Positions 15,481 through 30,006 are shown, numbered from the stretch's first letter. The stretch is DNA of 64,000 bases from Octopus vulgaris (GCA_951406725.2 OX597840.1:37696001-37760000), one strand, 5' to 3'. Translations and numbers: made by a program. Notes: generated from the sequence alone by a model not told the origin.

Positions 15481-15635
15481 ATTAAAAACTGACGTTAAAA
15501 ACAATGATACGACAAAGAATTAGAACATTGTAACACCAATATCGGCAACAAGAATCTTTCTACCTTCTATCTTCTTCTAGCTTCCGCCATGGCATTTCGG
15601 CGATGCTGAGGTAAGGACATGAACCATTTAGTGGA

Positions 15636-15788
15636 CATACATACATACATACATACATACATACATACATACATACGTACATACATACATACATACATAC
15701 ATACATACATACATACATGCATACATACATACATACATACATACATACATACATACATACATACATACATACATACATACATACATAC
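15636..15788. repeat. (ACAT)n tetranucleotide tract
   Basis: Seen directly. Confidence 0.98.
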
Positions 15789-15804
15789 ACACACGTATAT
15801 ATAT

Positions 15805-15968
15805 CTGTCTTCCCTTCTCTGGATCTTTCCTTCTCTTATGTTTCCGACGAAGAACTTCGCTCGAAACGTTAAACCCTCCTTCTTCTCTTCTCTCCTGAGC
15901 GTCCAATAATACTATATTTGTTCAACGTCCTCGCGTTGTTGTGTTTTTTTGTGCTTTCATGTTTGGAT

Positions 15969-15972
<4 letters not shown>
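15805..15972 (+). mobile_element. Short hammerhead-bearing Penelope-like element, subfamily A
   Basis: gttt-CCGACGA-a-gaacttcgctc-GAAA-c-GTT-aaac at 15840-15874; homologous to 45752-45940; microsatellites on both sides. Confidence 0.65.
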
Positions 15973-16007
<35 letters not shown>

Positions 16008-16167
16008 CATATGTATGTATATGTGTGTGTGGGGTGCGTGGTAAGTAGCTTGCCTAGCAACCACATGGTTCCGGGTTCAGTCTTACTGCGTCGCACCTTG
16101 GGCAAGTGTCTTCTACTATAGCCTCGGTGTATATGTTTGTGTGTTCCTGTGTTCGAACGTGCGTACG

Positions 16168-16286
<119 letters not shown>

Positions 16287-16904
16287 ATGTATGTATGTAT
16301 GTGTGTATGTATGTATGCATGTATGTATGTATGTGTGTGTTTGTGTGTATGTGTGTTTGTGTGTGAGTGAGTGTATGTATGTACATCATTCTACAGTTTT
16401 CGCTTGTGAAATTCCACAAACATTGGCACAGCTCGGAGGCCCGAAGGATATTACAAACCGAGCAGATCTCCGAAAACGTAGATTACATTACTATATTTCC
16501 TGTCGGTATGTGTTACTAAATTATTCCTTTCAGTAATGTGTTTATACACGGTTATATATCCAGATATGAATTTCATATAACCTTCATAAAATGCATCATA
16601 AAAACCTAACATTTGCGTGATTTATTCAATTTTAGCGAAATTCATTTCATGTTACTTCAACTCTTTCAACATACAAACAATTGCATATGACCCGAGTTAT
16701 GTCCATATTAATAACATTGTAGGTTTCAAGCACGTACAACAGAAGCCGAACACGAGATCAGAACTGTGTAACGCAGACATCATATTATTTATTAAATAAA
16801 TTAAATGAGAGTGATTTGCCGATGGTACATGTGCGTAATATTTGTATACACGCGTATGAAATCCCATGTTGCAAACAAACCGATGTGTGTACATACAATC
16901 CAAT

Positions 16905-16942
<38 letters not shown>

Positions 16943-17081
16943 CACATACACACACAGAGATACACACACACACGCACACACACACACACACACATATATA
17001 TGTATTACGTGTGTATAAATATATATATATATATAAATATATATATATAAATATAATATTATATACCTATAACTATATAAT

Positions 17082-17137
<56 letters not shown>

Positions 17138-17390
17138 AGAAAAAAGCAACAAGAATGGATTAGTTGTTCAGTACAATTGTTTCATACGAAGAACAGATTT
17201 ATTTAAAGCTGCAAATATTGCAGCAAATACAAGTGACCCGTATTCATCAGCCAAAACACATATGACTTTTCCAAACATCCTAGGGAGTGAGGCTACACTC
17301 ATGAAGTATCGAAGAGAGTTCTATGAAAAGCAAAGTTAGATTGTAAGCAGACTGAAAATGTTTTCTAATGATGCATAGTTTTATAGAAGG

Positions 17391-18275
17391 TGAGGAGGTA
17401 CCCAAAGTAGTAGCCGGAAACCTTCTCTGTGGGGCAAGCTCATTGTAGTTCTAGCACCCCAACTAGAAGCCACTTGAGGCGAGCCTCAGGCATCAGCATG
17501 CCTGCCGGCGTTGTCGAATGCATTCCTACGGCCACGTTGTGCCTCTTTACCTTGCTACTCTTCACATCTGTTCGTCAATTTTTGCGATGGCTGAAAGGAT
17601 GGCTCAGTGTGCTTCCGTGACATTCTGTTTTCTGCTCAGGAAAACGGGGGTCGAAAGTGTTGTCATGATTCTAACAGCATAACAGAACGTTGCTTTGAGC
17701 AAAACACAAGTTTGCGAGTGGTTTTCACACCTTAGGAACGGTCATTTGTCGCTTGAAGGCTAACCTCGTTCAGGGCGTCCGTCGACTTCCTGTACGAATG
17801 AAAACATGAAAATTCCTCAACCGATCTTGGAGGACCGACTCCCAAACAACCGAAGAACTTGTTGATATGACTGGTGTGTCGTGGACTTCTTTCGGTGGAT
17901 TTCGAGTGAGGAATTGCGAATGAAAAGAGTTGCAGGAAAATGTATGCCTCACCTGCTCACGGAAGATGAGAAACAGTCGCGACTAAATGCGTGTTGTGAA
18001 AAGAAAGAGCATCTGGAAGTTGATCCGGACGTTTCTCTCGAGGGTCATCACTGGTGACAAACGCTGGCGCTACGGAATTTACAGATGCGGTAGAAGTGAA
18101 GGCGGAAGCGTTTACAAGAGTTCCAGCACTGCTTCGAAAAGTGGAAATCGTGCCTAGACCGATGTAATGCTTCCAATGGAGAATACTTTGAAGGCGATAA
18201 AAGTGTAATCATGTAAAACTAAGTCAATAAAATAACATTGCAAAATTCCCGTTTCTTTTTAGCTACTCCCTCGTA
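17391..18275 (+). mobile_element. Decayed, internally deleted mariner (second family)
   Basis: Translations FCFLLRKTG...ALSKTQVCEWFSHLRNGHLSLEG*PRSGRPSTS, MKRVAGKCMPHLLTEDEK, VITGDKRWRYG and FQHCFEKWKSCLDRCNASNGEYFEGDK. Right TIR ends ...agctactccctcgTA; left TIR is degenerate (gaggaggtacccaaag). Confidence 0.85.
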
Positions 18276-18359
18276 TATATATATATGTATGTACGTATGT
18301 ATGTATGTATGTATGTATATATATATATATATATATATGTACGTATGTATGTATGTATG

Positions 18360-18402
<43 letters not shown>

Positions 18403-19194
18403 GTATGTATGTATGTATGTATGTATATATATATATGTATGTATATATTTATAAATGTATATATATATATGTATGTATGTATATATTTATAAATGTATGT
18501 ATATATGTATATATGTACGTCGTGTGTCTTTCAGTTCCTGTCTACTTATACACGCATACACACACACACACGCACACACACACACACACACACATATTAG
18601 CATATATCTGTAAGAGTATATGTTTTTGTGTCTATGCTTGTCTTCAACCAGCGCTTGACAGTGTTGGTCAGTTTACGACCCATTAAGGGAGCGATTGGAC
18701 CAAGATGACAAGAAAACGAAGGTAACAAACTAATTCTGTAGAAGATTCATTCTACCAAGAAATTCTTCAACATGCTGCTCCAGAAAAGGTCGTAGTCTAA
18801 TGAAAGAGCAGTAGATGTATACAAAGATAATATAATATACTATATATAGATGTATATTTATATACAAAGCACGGAGTTCTGTCAGTGAACAGGTCGCGGT
18901 CTTATAGCGACAAAAATATTTTGACAAATTAAACTTGAATGTTGAAGTGAATAAAACGGTTTTTGTGTGTTTCTTAAATGGCTTACAAACACCTTCCACG
19001 CTGCAATTGTTTTTGTTTCAGCACACGATCTCAGATCAAATCACTTGCCATGCGAGTACATCTCTGTAACATATATATATATATATATATATTATATTTT
19101 GTGAAATTTGATTTAGTATTTCTATTTTGAATTTCTCCCTGTAAGTTTGGAATAATATTCCCTCATATTATTATTATTATTATTATTATTATTA

Positions 19195-19540
<346 letters not shown>

Positions 19541-19635
19541 TTATATATATATATATAAGTGTGTTTGTGTGTGTGTGTGTGCGTGCGTGTGTGTGGATGT
19601 GTCTAAATATATACTTACAGATTTACACACACACG

Positions 19636-19678
<43 letters not shown>

Positions 19679-20272
19679 TACATATATTTTACAAATAGGA
19701 TTTTGTTTTCCAGCAGATTCATTTAGCGTGTTACTGATCTCATTCACTCAACAGCGGCCATGCTGGGGCACCGCCTCAGGGACAAATGTCTGTCATATTA
19801 AAATTCTGCATATTTCTGTCTGATGCTTCTTCAATGGAAACCAATTTATCGAATGGTGAGGTTGGCTTTTGGCTTTGAGGGATGAAACGATACGTATAGA
19901 CTGAAGAGTACAGCAGAAACAAACACACACGGAAACACACACCTGCTGGACGCACACAAACAGGTACACATAGGAAAACACGCATATATATACACACGCA
20001 AAGATATAGAAACACGTATCTAATGACACAAACGTAAATATAATCATATACAATGATGGATATGTAGAATATTGCATATCTTGGCTGTGATACGTGGTTT
20101 TTAGGCGTTGCTCTGTGGTAAGAAGCTCGGTTCCCAACCACATGTTGTCAGTTTCAGTCCCACTGCGTGGCACATTGGGCGAGTATCTTTTGTTCGAGTT
20201 TCGGGCCGACAAATCTCTTGTAAATAGATTTGGCAGACGAAAACAGGAAGAGGCTCTACGAATGTATTTGTG

Positions 20273-20340
<68 letters not shown>

Positions 20341-20518
20341 TATACACACACACATACACACGAATATATATGTGTGTGAGTGTGTGTGTGTGGAGGGGAC
20401 AGACACAAGAATACGCACGCGCACAAATACACACACCGGTAACAAGTATTTATACAATGTTTAGCGCTTCTACTCCATATATATATATATATATATATAT
20501 ACATGCATATATACATAC

Positions 20519-20556
<38 letters not shown>

Positions 20557-20615
20557 ATATATATATATATATATATACATATGTGTGTGTGTGTATCTAT
20601 CTATCTATCTATATC

Positions 20616-20658
<43 letters not shown>

Positions 20659-21244
20659 GTATATATATCTATATCTATATCTATATATATGTGTATATAT
20701 ATAGTGATTATTGGTATTACTACCTCTATATCAGCTAGGATTTAATTTATCTTATTGGCTCTCTTGACGCTGCGGGCTTTTGCCAAGGTTGATAGATTCG
20801 GTGCTAAATTCAAATTCCTTTTAGCATTGCTATCTGTTTTCTATACTGACGATATCTGCTTCTGACCTATTGCATTTATCTACACATACAAACATACATA
20901 CATACATACATACATACATACATACATACATACATACATACATACATACATACATACATACATACATACATACATACATACATACATAAAAGAGGATATC
21001 TATGGACAACTGCTTCGAAACCTCCAGCTTCTATATCCAGACTATGAATTTATATTCATACCAATAATAATTGAAGAAGTAGGTTTTGTTTGTAAATGCT
21101 TAAATGAGAATCTGGATTAACTGGGATTTTGAGAAACAGTAATAGATCGGCTGATTCGTACATTACGAGTGCAGTCTGTGAGTGGAACAGTAAAAATATG
21201 CAAGACTTTTCTCAAGTTCCAAATGTGAATTTGTCTGTATTAAC

Positions 21245-22166
21245 TATTGGGTTGACAACTAAGTTCCAGCCGTTTCTTTAAGTTTTAGAATTTGTTGCGT
21301 TTTTATATTTTAGAATCTATTCTTTTTTTGAGAATTCTATTTTTGAATAATTTTGGAATCTATTTTGTATTTTTTCTAGTTAATTTTAGTATTTTTGTTT
21401 ATCTTCTGATCATTAAAATGGAAAGTCAAGACCAGTAAAATGACCATTTTTGACACCTCCTTCTTTTTGCTTTTAATCAAGGTTCTAATGTCGCAAAAGC
21501 TTCTCGCGACATTTGTGCAGTGTATAGAGAAGGTGCCATAGCTGAAAGGACCGCTCGTGATTGGTATGAAAAGTGCAAAAATGGAACTTTTGACCTCAAT
21601 GACGCAACTCGTTCTGGCCGTCCAGTTCAGTTCGATAAAGAGCGATTAAACCAACTTTTGCACGAAACTTCTAATCAAACAAGGGAACTGGCAGAGAAAA
21701 TGGAATGCTCCCACACTGCTTTAGAGAAGCATCTTCACTCGATGGGAAAGGTTCAGAAGAATAGAGCATGGGTTCCGCATACTTTAAGTGACAACAACAA
21801 AAATCAACGAGCCGCAATATCTACTGGTTTGCTTGTTCGTCACCGCTCAACATATGGACAGAAGCAACGATTTCTTTACCGAATCGTTACTGGCGACGAA
21901 AAATGGTGTATGTACATCAATATGAAGCAGCGTAAGGAATGGCTTAGCCCCGATATACAAGCGACACCACGCTTGCAGCACGATCTTCATCCGCGCAAAA
22001 TGATGTTGTATATATGGTGGGACTGGGAAGGGGTTATCCATTACGAATTGTTTGAACGGAACCAAACAGTCAACACGGAACTCTATGTTCAACGGATGGA
22101 ACGTCTTAAAACTTTTAAAATATTTATATTTAAAAACACAACGGGATGTTAGTTGCCAACCCAATA
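21245..22166 (+). mobile_element. Mariner (DD34D family) with both TIRs, 3' part of transposase deleted
   Basis: TA-ttgggttgacaactaagttcc at the left end and ttagttgccaacccaa-TA at the right end; about 920 bp. Confidence 0.93.
21418..22152 (+). pseudogene. Mariner transposase pseudogene (N-terminal two thirds)
   Basis: ATG at 21418 is in frame with ORF 21520-22152 but followed by two stops. Motifs RSGRP, WVPHTL and RIVTGDEKW are present; the second and third catalytic Asp regions are absent. Confidence 0.9.
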
Positions 22167-23097
22167 CATCCCAAAGTTGGAGCTGTGTATCTTTAAAACT
22201 AGCTCCCTCCTCAGTGGAAGATTTATAATAATTAAAAGAATTGAAGAGACACACATGCATACTGACAGACAGGCAGAGAGACAGAGAGACGCACATATAT
22301 ATATATATGCCGTTTAGCTATTTCTATATAAATATGAGAAAATTTGTATAAAATTATGTCAACTAAATTCCACTTAGAATTTACCCAAACCTTAGAGTGC
22401 ATGGTACTTCTACATGCATTCTGAATGGGCTGTAAATGTCAACAGCATTTGGAAGTAGCGTTCTTCAATATTCGTTTACTCCTTCACGAAGGAAATTCTT
22501 TCACAAGTTTCTACGATAAATAGGATGCATTGCAGAGGCGATAAAATATTTCGAAAAACCAATTAATGGTAAGTGTCTTGATTACGTAATTACTTAATTA
22601 GCTTAATCTCTGTGCTATTAGGAAATTAAATCGCATCGAGTAGAAGACCGATATATAATTGTCTAAATTCAAGTCCTTGCCAGCGAACGAGTTTTCTCAG
22701 TCATCGCCACATTGAGAGAATACAATAGTTTCGAATGACATTTGGATATCAAGAAATGTGCAAGAGACAAACAGTAAAGAAGAGATATTATTTGAAAGAA
22801 CACACACATCTGTGAATGCATCAAAATCCAGCAATCGTTGTGGACAAGGAAATACTATTATCACTTGTCATTTTAAATTCCATCGCAAATGAAAAGACCA
22901 AAATAATGTCGACATACTAACTAACTTGCTTAAAGAATCATTTTTGAAGAAGGGAATTCCTTATATAGAATGGACGAGAACAGAATATTCTAACATCAAT
23001 GGATGCCTCCCAAGCAAATGACAATCATAGCGCACAGACTAAAATCTCGTTTGAAATTTATTTACCTGATTTAAATTAAAATATATGCTTTTGTACT

Positions 23098-23285
23098 CTA
23101 GACTCAAGGCCCGAAATTTCTGGGGAGGGGTCCGTCGATTACACAACTGGTACTTAATTTATCGACCACGAAAGGATGACAGGCAAAGTCAACTTGGGCG
23201 GAATTTGAGCTCATAACGTAAAGACAGACGCAATATCAATTTCTTTACTGCCCACAGGGGGCCAAACACAGACATGGACAAAGCA
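23098..23285 (-). mobile_element. SINE group 2 partial copy joined to the tail of a second copy
   Basis: Central domain followed by agacgcaatatc|aatttctttactgcccacaggggg. Confidence 0.75.
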
Positions 23286-23439
23286 CCTGATTGGGATCAG
23301 CAATACGTTATGATTTTACATAAAATATGAATATAAAAATTATATAAAATATTTTAAAATATCGAATGAAATTAAGAATACAGAGACAACACAAATGTAG
23401 CGATCATCAGGCCACGCTCCGACCCCACAAGCCCCGATC

Positions 23440-23739
23440 TATCGCTTGTACCCCTAGTACTTATTCTATTGATCACTTTGGTCGAACCGCAGAGTTACAG
23501 GGACATAAACACACCAGCATCGGTTGTCAAACGAAGTTGAGGGGACAAGCACATGCACAGACACAGAAACACACACATATATATACGACGGGGTTCTTTC
23601 AGTTTCCGTCTACACACAAGGCTTTGGTCGGCTCGAGTCTAGAATAGAAAAGTCTTGTCAAATGTGACACTCAGTGGGATTAAACCCGGAACCATGTGGT
23701 TGGTAAAGCAGCTAGTTACTACATAACCACTCCTGCGCC
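23440..23739 (-). mobile_element. SINE group 1
   Basis: Reverse-complement match to 31275-31786, ending accactcctgcgcc. Confidence 0.85.
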
Positions 23740-23914
23740 TAAATGCAATTCTCGGTTTTCCGTCACTGTGATATGACTCCAAGTACGATGTAGAAATACG
23801 GTTACGAAAAAAACGATATTCCATGGAGGGATGTGTGCATTATGAAGAAGGGATCCGTCAAAACCCGATACAGAATAGTCACATTGACGTATATAATTAA
23901 TTAATTAATTAATT

Positions 23915-24150
23915 AATTAAAAAAAAAACGGAGAAAAAGACAAGAAAACAGCAACACGAGGACGTAGTACTTTCAAAGTATTAATGAGACGCAGAGAGAA
24001 GGAAAGAAGGAATAGTTGTTTTACGTTTCGAGCATAGCTCTTCTTCGGAATCAGGGGTCATAGGAAAGTCCAAAAGAAAAAGGACGAAAGAGGACAAAAA
24101 TCACAAACAGTGCACGTGTAGTTACATTTTTGGAATGACCGGAATTAGAT
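23915..24150 (-). mobile_element. Short hammerhead-bearing Penelope-like element, subfamily A
   Basis: Minus strand 24018-24052 reads CCGAAGA-a-GAGC-tat-GCTC-GAAA-c-GTA-aaac. Confidence 0.65.
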
Positions 24151-24205
24151 GGACGAATAAAACGTGCTTTCTGTGATAGGAGAGTGTAAAGAAAAGTTGG
24201 TATCT

Positions 24206-24437
24206 GCTTCTTTATTACCCATAAGGGGCTAAATATAGAGGGTGACAAACAAGGACAGACAAACGGATTAAGTCGATTACATCGACCCAAGTGCGTAATT
24301 GGGACTTAAAGTATCGACCCCGAAAGGATGAAAGGCAAAGTCGATTTCGGTGGATTTTGAACTCAGAAGGTAACGGCAGACGAAATACGGCTACGCATTT
24401 CGTCCGGCGTGCTAACGGTTCTGCCAGCTCGCCGCCT
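24206..24437 (-). mobile_element. Full-length SINE group 2 with 18-bp TSD
   Basis: aaagaaaagttggtatct at 24188-24205 and 24441-24458. Confidence 0.92.
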
Positions 24438-25371
24438 TTCAAAGAAAAGTTGGTATCTATGTATATGTGTGTGACCATGTGAGTGTGTAGAGAGAGAGTG
24501 GGGAGGGAGAGAAAGGGAGAGAGAAAGAGAGAGAGAGCAGTAATCTAACACTTTCTTCTTAAACATACGTATATATTTCGTTCTACACTGCATTATTAGT
24601 CTCACAAGGCTTTAAGCGACACACACACACACACATACATATATGCATATACTAATGTATAGTATATGTGTAAATATATATGTGTGAGCGTGTGTGTGTG
24701 TGTGTGTGTGTGTGTGCGAATTTCTATGTTTGTGTATATTCACAGAACCATACAAAACAATTATATGCTGGCATCTCGCTCAGCTTCCGTGTCTAGAATT
24801 TCAAATTTTAAATTTCCAAACATAATCTTTCAGTGCAAATGTGTTTCGTGCCAACTTACGATGCGACCACACCTGGAGACAGGTGATGTTCTGAGGCAAA
24901 TTTTAAATTTTCAGCCACATACCTATACGTGTGACTACCCAGATATACACCTACGCACAACTGTACTTATTTATTTATCGAAGTATAAATATGTGTGTAT
25001 TGGTCGAATGAATGAATGTCTGAAGTTAAATTTGGTTTGGCGTTTCATTTAGAGTTTTTTAAGAGCTAAAATTTTTTGAGATGTTCAGTTTGAATTTCAA
25101 TATCGATTACATTGATAATGTTATGTTGACAAATTTTCCTACATATTATTATTAATTTTAATAATATTATTATATATATGTTTGTGTGTGTCTATATGTG
25201 TGCGTGTGTATGTATATGTGTATGTGTGTAGATATATGAGTGTGTGTGTATGTGTGTGTATATATGTGTGTGTATATATGTGTGTATATGCGTGTGTATG
25301 TGTATTAATGCAATTCAAACAATGGATTGTTGATGAGTGATCTAAAATAAACACAAGATTTACTTTGTACA

Positions 25372-25911
25372 AGTTCTTGATTGTTGCTTCTCGAGCCATG
25401 CCTGGCTCATAGGGCCGGTTTCCCGGTTTCCTTGGCGTATAGGTTCCCCACCTGGACGGGATGCCAGTCCGTCGCAGGTGAGCTGCAAGATGCAGGAGGA
25501 ATGAATGAGAGAAAGTTGTGGCGAAAGAGTCAGCAGAAGTTCGCCATTACCTAGGTATTTCGTTCATAAACACACACATCGCTCGGTCTGAGATTCGAAC
25601 CCGCGATCCCTCGAGCGTGAGTCCACTGCTCTAACCACAAGGCCATGTGCCTCCACAAAATCAATGTTCTTTCTCGAGCCATGCCAGGCTCATAAGGGCC
25701 GGTTTCCCGGTTTCAGTGGCGTAAATGTTCTCCAGCTTGACGGGACGCCGGTCCGTCGCAGCGTTACTCATTTTTGCCAGCTGAGTGGACTGGAGTAACG
25801 TGAAACGTAAGTGTTTTGCTCAAGAACACAACGCATCGCCCGGTCCAGGAATCGAAACCACAACCTTGCGATCATAAGTTCAACAATCTAACCACTAAGC
25901 CACGCTCCTCC
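25372..25911 (-). mobile_element. Tandem pair of group 3 SINEs within one TSD
   Basis: Units at 25380-25655 and 25666-25911 share the tail ttctcgagccatgcc.ggctcata..gggccggtttcccggtttc; actttgtaca flanks the pair (25362-25371, 25912-25921). Confidence 0.85.
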
Positions 25912-26094
25912 ACTTTGTACATATTGGTTGATTATTCCGAATTTCTTTAAATTCTGCATAACGATTCTTGGACTTACCTGCCATATACGAAGATTTGTAT
26001 TCCACATCATTGAATATAACAAATGAAAGAGAGAAGATGGAATATACAAGAATATATTATTAACCGCAACAATTGTTTCGACACGTCTAACATC

Positions 26095-26390
26095 GATTCC
26101 TCAGAGGGTCACATCTGATCCGATCAACGCAACAGCTTGCTCGTGATATTAAGGTGCAAGTGGCTGAGCACTCCACAGACACGTGTTCCCTTAATGTAGC
26201 TTTCAGGGAGATTCAGCGTGACACAGAGTGTGACAAGGCTGGCCCTTTGAAATACAGGTACTACTCAATCTTGCCAGCTGAGTGAACTGGAACAAACGTG
26301 AAATAAAGTGTCTTGCTCAAGGACACAACGCGTCGCCGTGAATTGAAATCAAGATCGTGAGCCAAGTGCCCTAGCAACTAAGCCACGCGC
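26095..26390 (-). mobile_element. SINE group 3 variant with a different tail
   Basis: Head and central part match 25666-25911 (gccagctgagtg.actgga..aacgtgaaa...gctcaag.acacaacgc.tcgcc). Confidence 0.8.
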
Positions 26391-26614
26391 ATATATATAT
26401 ATATATGGAGGTGCACATATGTATGCACGTATATCAATAGACAAATATGTAGAGTTATATATATTTTAAGAGAACCTCACAAAGATGTTAGTTTCACAAA
26501 TATATTATATTTAAATATTGCTAAGCAAGTAGGGTAAACACAACTTGTTTATACAAAACATTTTATGAACACATCAAATATTTACCGATCCTTCTACGCT
26601 CTTCTCCGTTTAAA

Positions 26615-26625
26615 TATATATATAT

Positions 26626-26695
<70 letters not shown>

Positions 26696-26725
26696 AAAAA
26701 AAATATATATAAATATATAAAAAAA

Positions 26726-26761
<36 letters not shown>

Positions 26762-26771
26762 TCCATATATA

Positions 26772-26823
<52 letters not shown>

Positions 26824-26899
26824 CTATCTATATATACATACATATATATATATATATATACATATATATATACATATATATATATATACGTACATATAC

Positions 26900-26966
<67 letters not shown>
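26615..26966. repeat. (TA)n field
   Basis: Seen directly. Confidence 0.98.
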
Positions 26967-26969
<3 letters not shown>

Positions 26970-27008
26970 GTGCACATATGCATATGTATATAATTATATG
27001 TGCACATG

Positions 27009-27054
<46 letters not shown>

Positions 27055-27633
27055 CAAGGAGATTGCAGAATCAAACATTTCTGTTCCTTGTTTGAAGCCA
27101 AGCCAGTGATTTATTTAGTTTTTTTTTTATAGATTTTATATATTTCTCTTTCGCTAATCCTCCCCCCCCCAACCCAACCCTTTTTCATCGTTTATCTTAT
27201 CCTCCCCAACTCTTTCATTATCACTATTTACACCCCCCACACACACACCACATATTTGTCTCTTATATTTTTCCTGTCAATATGTGTGATTTTTTCTCTT
27301 TAAATATCAAATATTATCCGATGTTTATTTATATATTATTATTATCATCATCATCATTATTATTATTATTATTATTATCATTATTATTTATTTATTTATT
27401 TATTTATTTTTATTATTCCTTTGCACATTTGTGCGTTTTAAGGTTTGGTTTGGTTTCATATCGATGTTTCCGTTTCCTTAACACGTTTCCTCAAATCTTA
27501 CTGGTCGAGGAAATATAGATATACAACACATCTTGCGGCGTTTATTTTGTTTCATTCATTTTACTGCGGCTATGCTGGGGCACCGAATTGAAGAGTTTGC
27601 GTTAAAGAAATAGACTTCGTCTACGTCGTGGTC

Positions 27634-27858
27634 GTCTTCTTCTTCTTCTTTTTCTTCTTCTTCTTCTTTTTCTTCTTCTTCTTCTTCTTCTTCTTTTTCT
27701 TCTTCTTCTTCTTCTTCTTCTTCTTTTTCTTCTTCTTCTTCTTCTTCTTCTTCTTCTTCTTCTTCTTCTTCTTCTTTTTCTTCTTCTTCTTCTTCTTCTT
27801 CTTCTTCTTTTTCTTCTTCTTCTTCTTCTTCTTCTTTTTCTTCTTCTTCTTCTTCTTC
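27634..27858. repeat. (TTC)n tract
   Basis: Seen directly; source of the poly-F/poly-E ORFs. Confidence 0.99.
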
Positions 27859-27897
27859 TAACGATTCTGCCAGCTCGCTGCCATAATAATAATAATG

Positions 27898-27959
<62 letters not shown>

Positions 27960-27965
27960 TATTAC

Positions 27966-28004
<39 letters not shown>

Positions 28005-28029
28005 GATTATTATTATTATCATTATTATC

Positions 28030-28327
28030 ACAAGAGCACTCAGAGAGCGCAAACCTCCGCCTAGGCAACGATTAGCCGGATTTTTAAAATGAGAATATCT
28101 GAAATAAACCGGACTACTCTCACAAACAAGAATACTAAAAATGAACTCGGCCGCTGTCAAAGGGAAAAACAATCCAGAATCCTTGTCCAGTACAACATCG
28201 ATCCCGTAATCTAATTAGACCGCTCCAGTCACAAGGTGAATCATCCCTGAATGTTTCATCTGAATTCATCCAGGGGTTCTCGAGATGTCTTGTCTGCGAA
28301 CGAACAAACATGCACGACTGAGGTAAT
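28030..28327 (+). mobile_element. Non-autonomous Helentron-type (HINE/DINE-1-like) element, copy 1
   Basis: Starts acaagagcactcagagagcgcaaacctccgcctagg and ends gaggtaat; aligned along its length with copy 2; sits in (AAT)n. Confidence 0.65.
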
Positions 28328-28345
28328 AATAATAATAATAATAAT

Positions 28346-28436
<91 letters not shown>

Positions 28437-28440
<4 letters not shown>

Positions 28441-28799
28441 CACAACAACAACAGTACAGAGAGAGCGCAAGTCTCCGTCGAGGCAATACGATTAGTTGGG
28501 GATGATTTTTAAAATGAGAATATCTGAAATGCACTCGACTGCTCGCACAAACGAGAATATTAAAAATGAACCCGACTGCTCTCAAAAGTAAAAGAAAAAA
28601 ACGGAAAAAAATAATACAGAATCCTTGTCCGGTACCGTATTGATTCCAAAGTCTAATCAGTTTGTACTAGTCACGAGGCTACACATCCCTGAAAGTCTCA
28701 TCCAAATCCATCCGGCGGTTCTTGAGATATCTTGTTCACGGACAAACAAATAAACGCGACTGAAAAGAATACCTCCGACTTCACTAAGGCGAAGGTAAT
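28437..28799 (+). mobile_element. Non-autonomous Helentron-type element, copy 2
   Basis: Diverged homolog of copy 1 with a 3' stem-loop tacctccg...cgaaggta that echoes the 5' subterminal acctccgcc motif. Confidence 0.65.
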
Positions 28800-29743
28800 G
28801 ATGGTTTCAAATATTGGCGTTAGGTCAACATTTTGATGAGCTGGATGGTATATTACTTCGACCCCCATCCAATCTTTATTTAAACAACACCAAAATGATG
28901 AAAGCAAATGTCGACATTCTGGTTATGGGAACAGATAAAGTAAACACGGATGAAATGCCACTGAGCATTTCGTTCGGCATAGCCGATTTAGGAAATTTTG
29001 TTCGACAGGAATACATAATAGTAAAGAAACGATACATAATACGAAAATAATAAATCAAAGAAAAGAAATAACCAAAAAAAATAAATAAATATAAAGTCAC
29101 ACAAACACAATCTCAAATGCACACACATACACACACACACACACACAGACACACATACACACAAAATCATGTTTTATATATTTCGATGATTCATCAAATC
29201 TGTTAATCTATTTATCATGTCACGTAAATATCTGAATTCTTTTGATCTTGCGAAATGGTATTAATAAAATAGTAAACTAAAAAAAAAAATAATAGAAAAT
29301 AAAACAGAGGTATATACACGCCAAAAAAAATTACAAAAAAAAATATGTATGGAAACTTGCATTTGATAATAAATATAGATACAGTCTGAAAATACAAGGG
29401 AGATAATTTCAATCTCATTTCTTGTATTTTTGGTTGAAAACTTGTTTAATTTTTTTTTTCCTGCTTCGTACACTTTTTCTATTCTCCGTTTAATATCCGA
29501 AGTCAGTGTGTGCTGGGAAAATTTGCATGTGTGTGTGTGAGTGTGTGTGAGGCCTACAGGTATTTGTATGCACAGACACACACATGTATGTATATTTGTA
29601 TATTTGTATGTGTATATATAGGTCTACACCAACACACACTTGTGGACCCCGTGCGCACACGCGTCTGTGTACTGAAAATAAATACTTTATGTACACACAC
29701 ACATACACGCATAATTATCAAAATACATACAGACATACACACA

Positions 29744-29787
<44 letters not shown>

Positions 29788-29834
29788 TATATACATACGA
29801 ATATGTATATATATACGTATATGTGTATATATAT

Positions 29835-29951
<117 letters not shown>

Positions 29952-29956
29952 GTATA

Positions 29957-30006
<50 letters not shown>

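Noticed and set aside
21520-22152. 210-aa ORF as an active transposase or SETMAR-like gene
   Set aside because: The true start is cut off by two in-frame stops, two catalytic Asp regions are deleted and there is no SET domain.
28814-29050. 78-aa ORF in non-repetitive sequence as a host exon
   Set aside because: No recognisable domain and no convincing splice-site pair.
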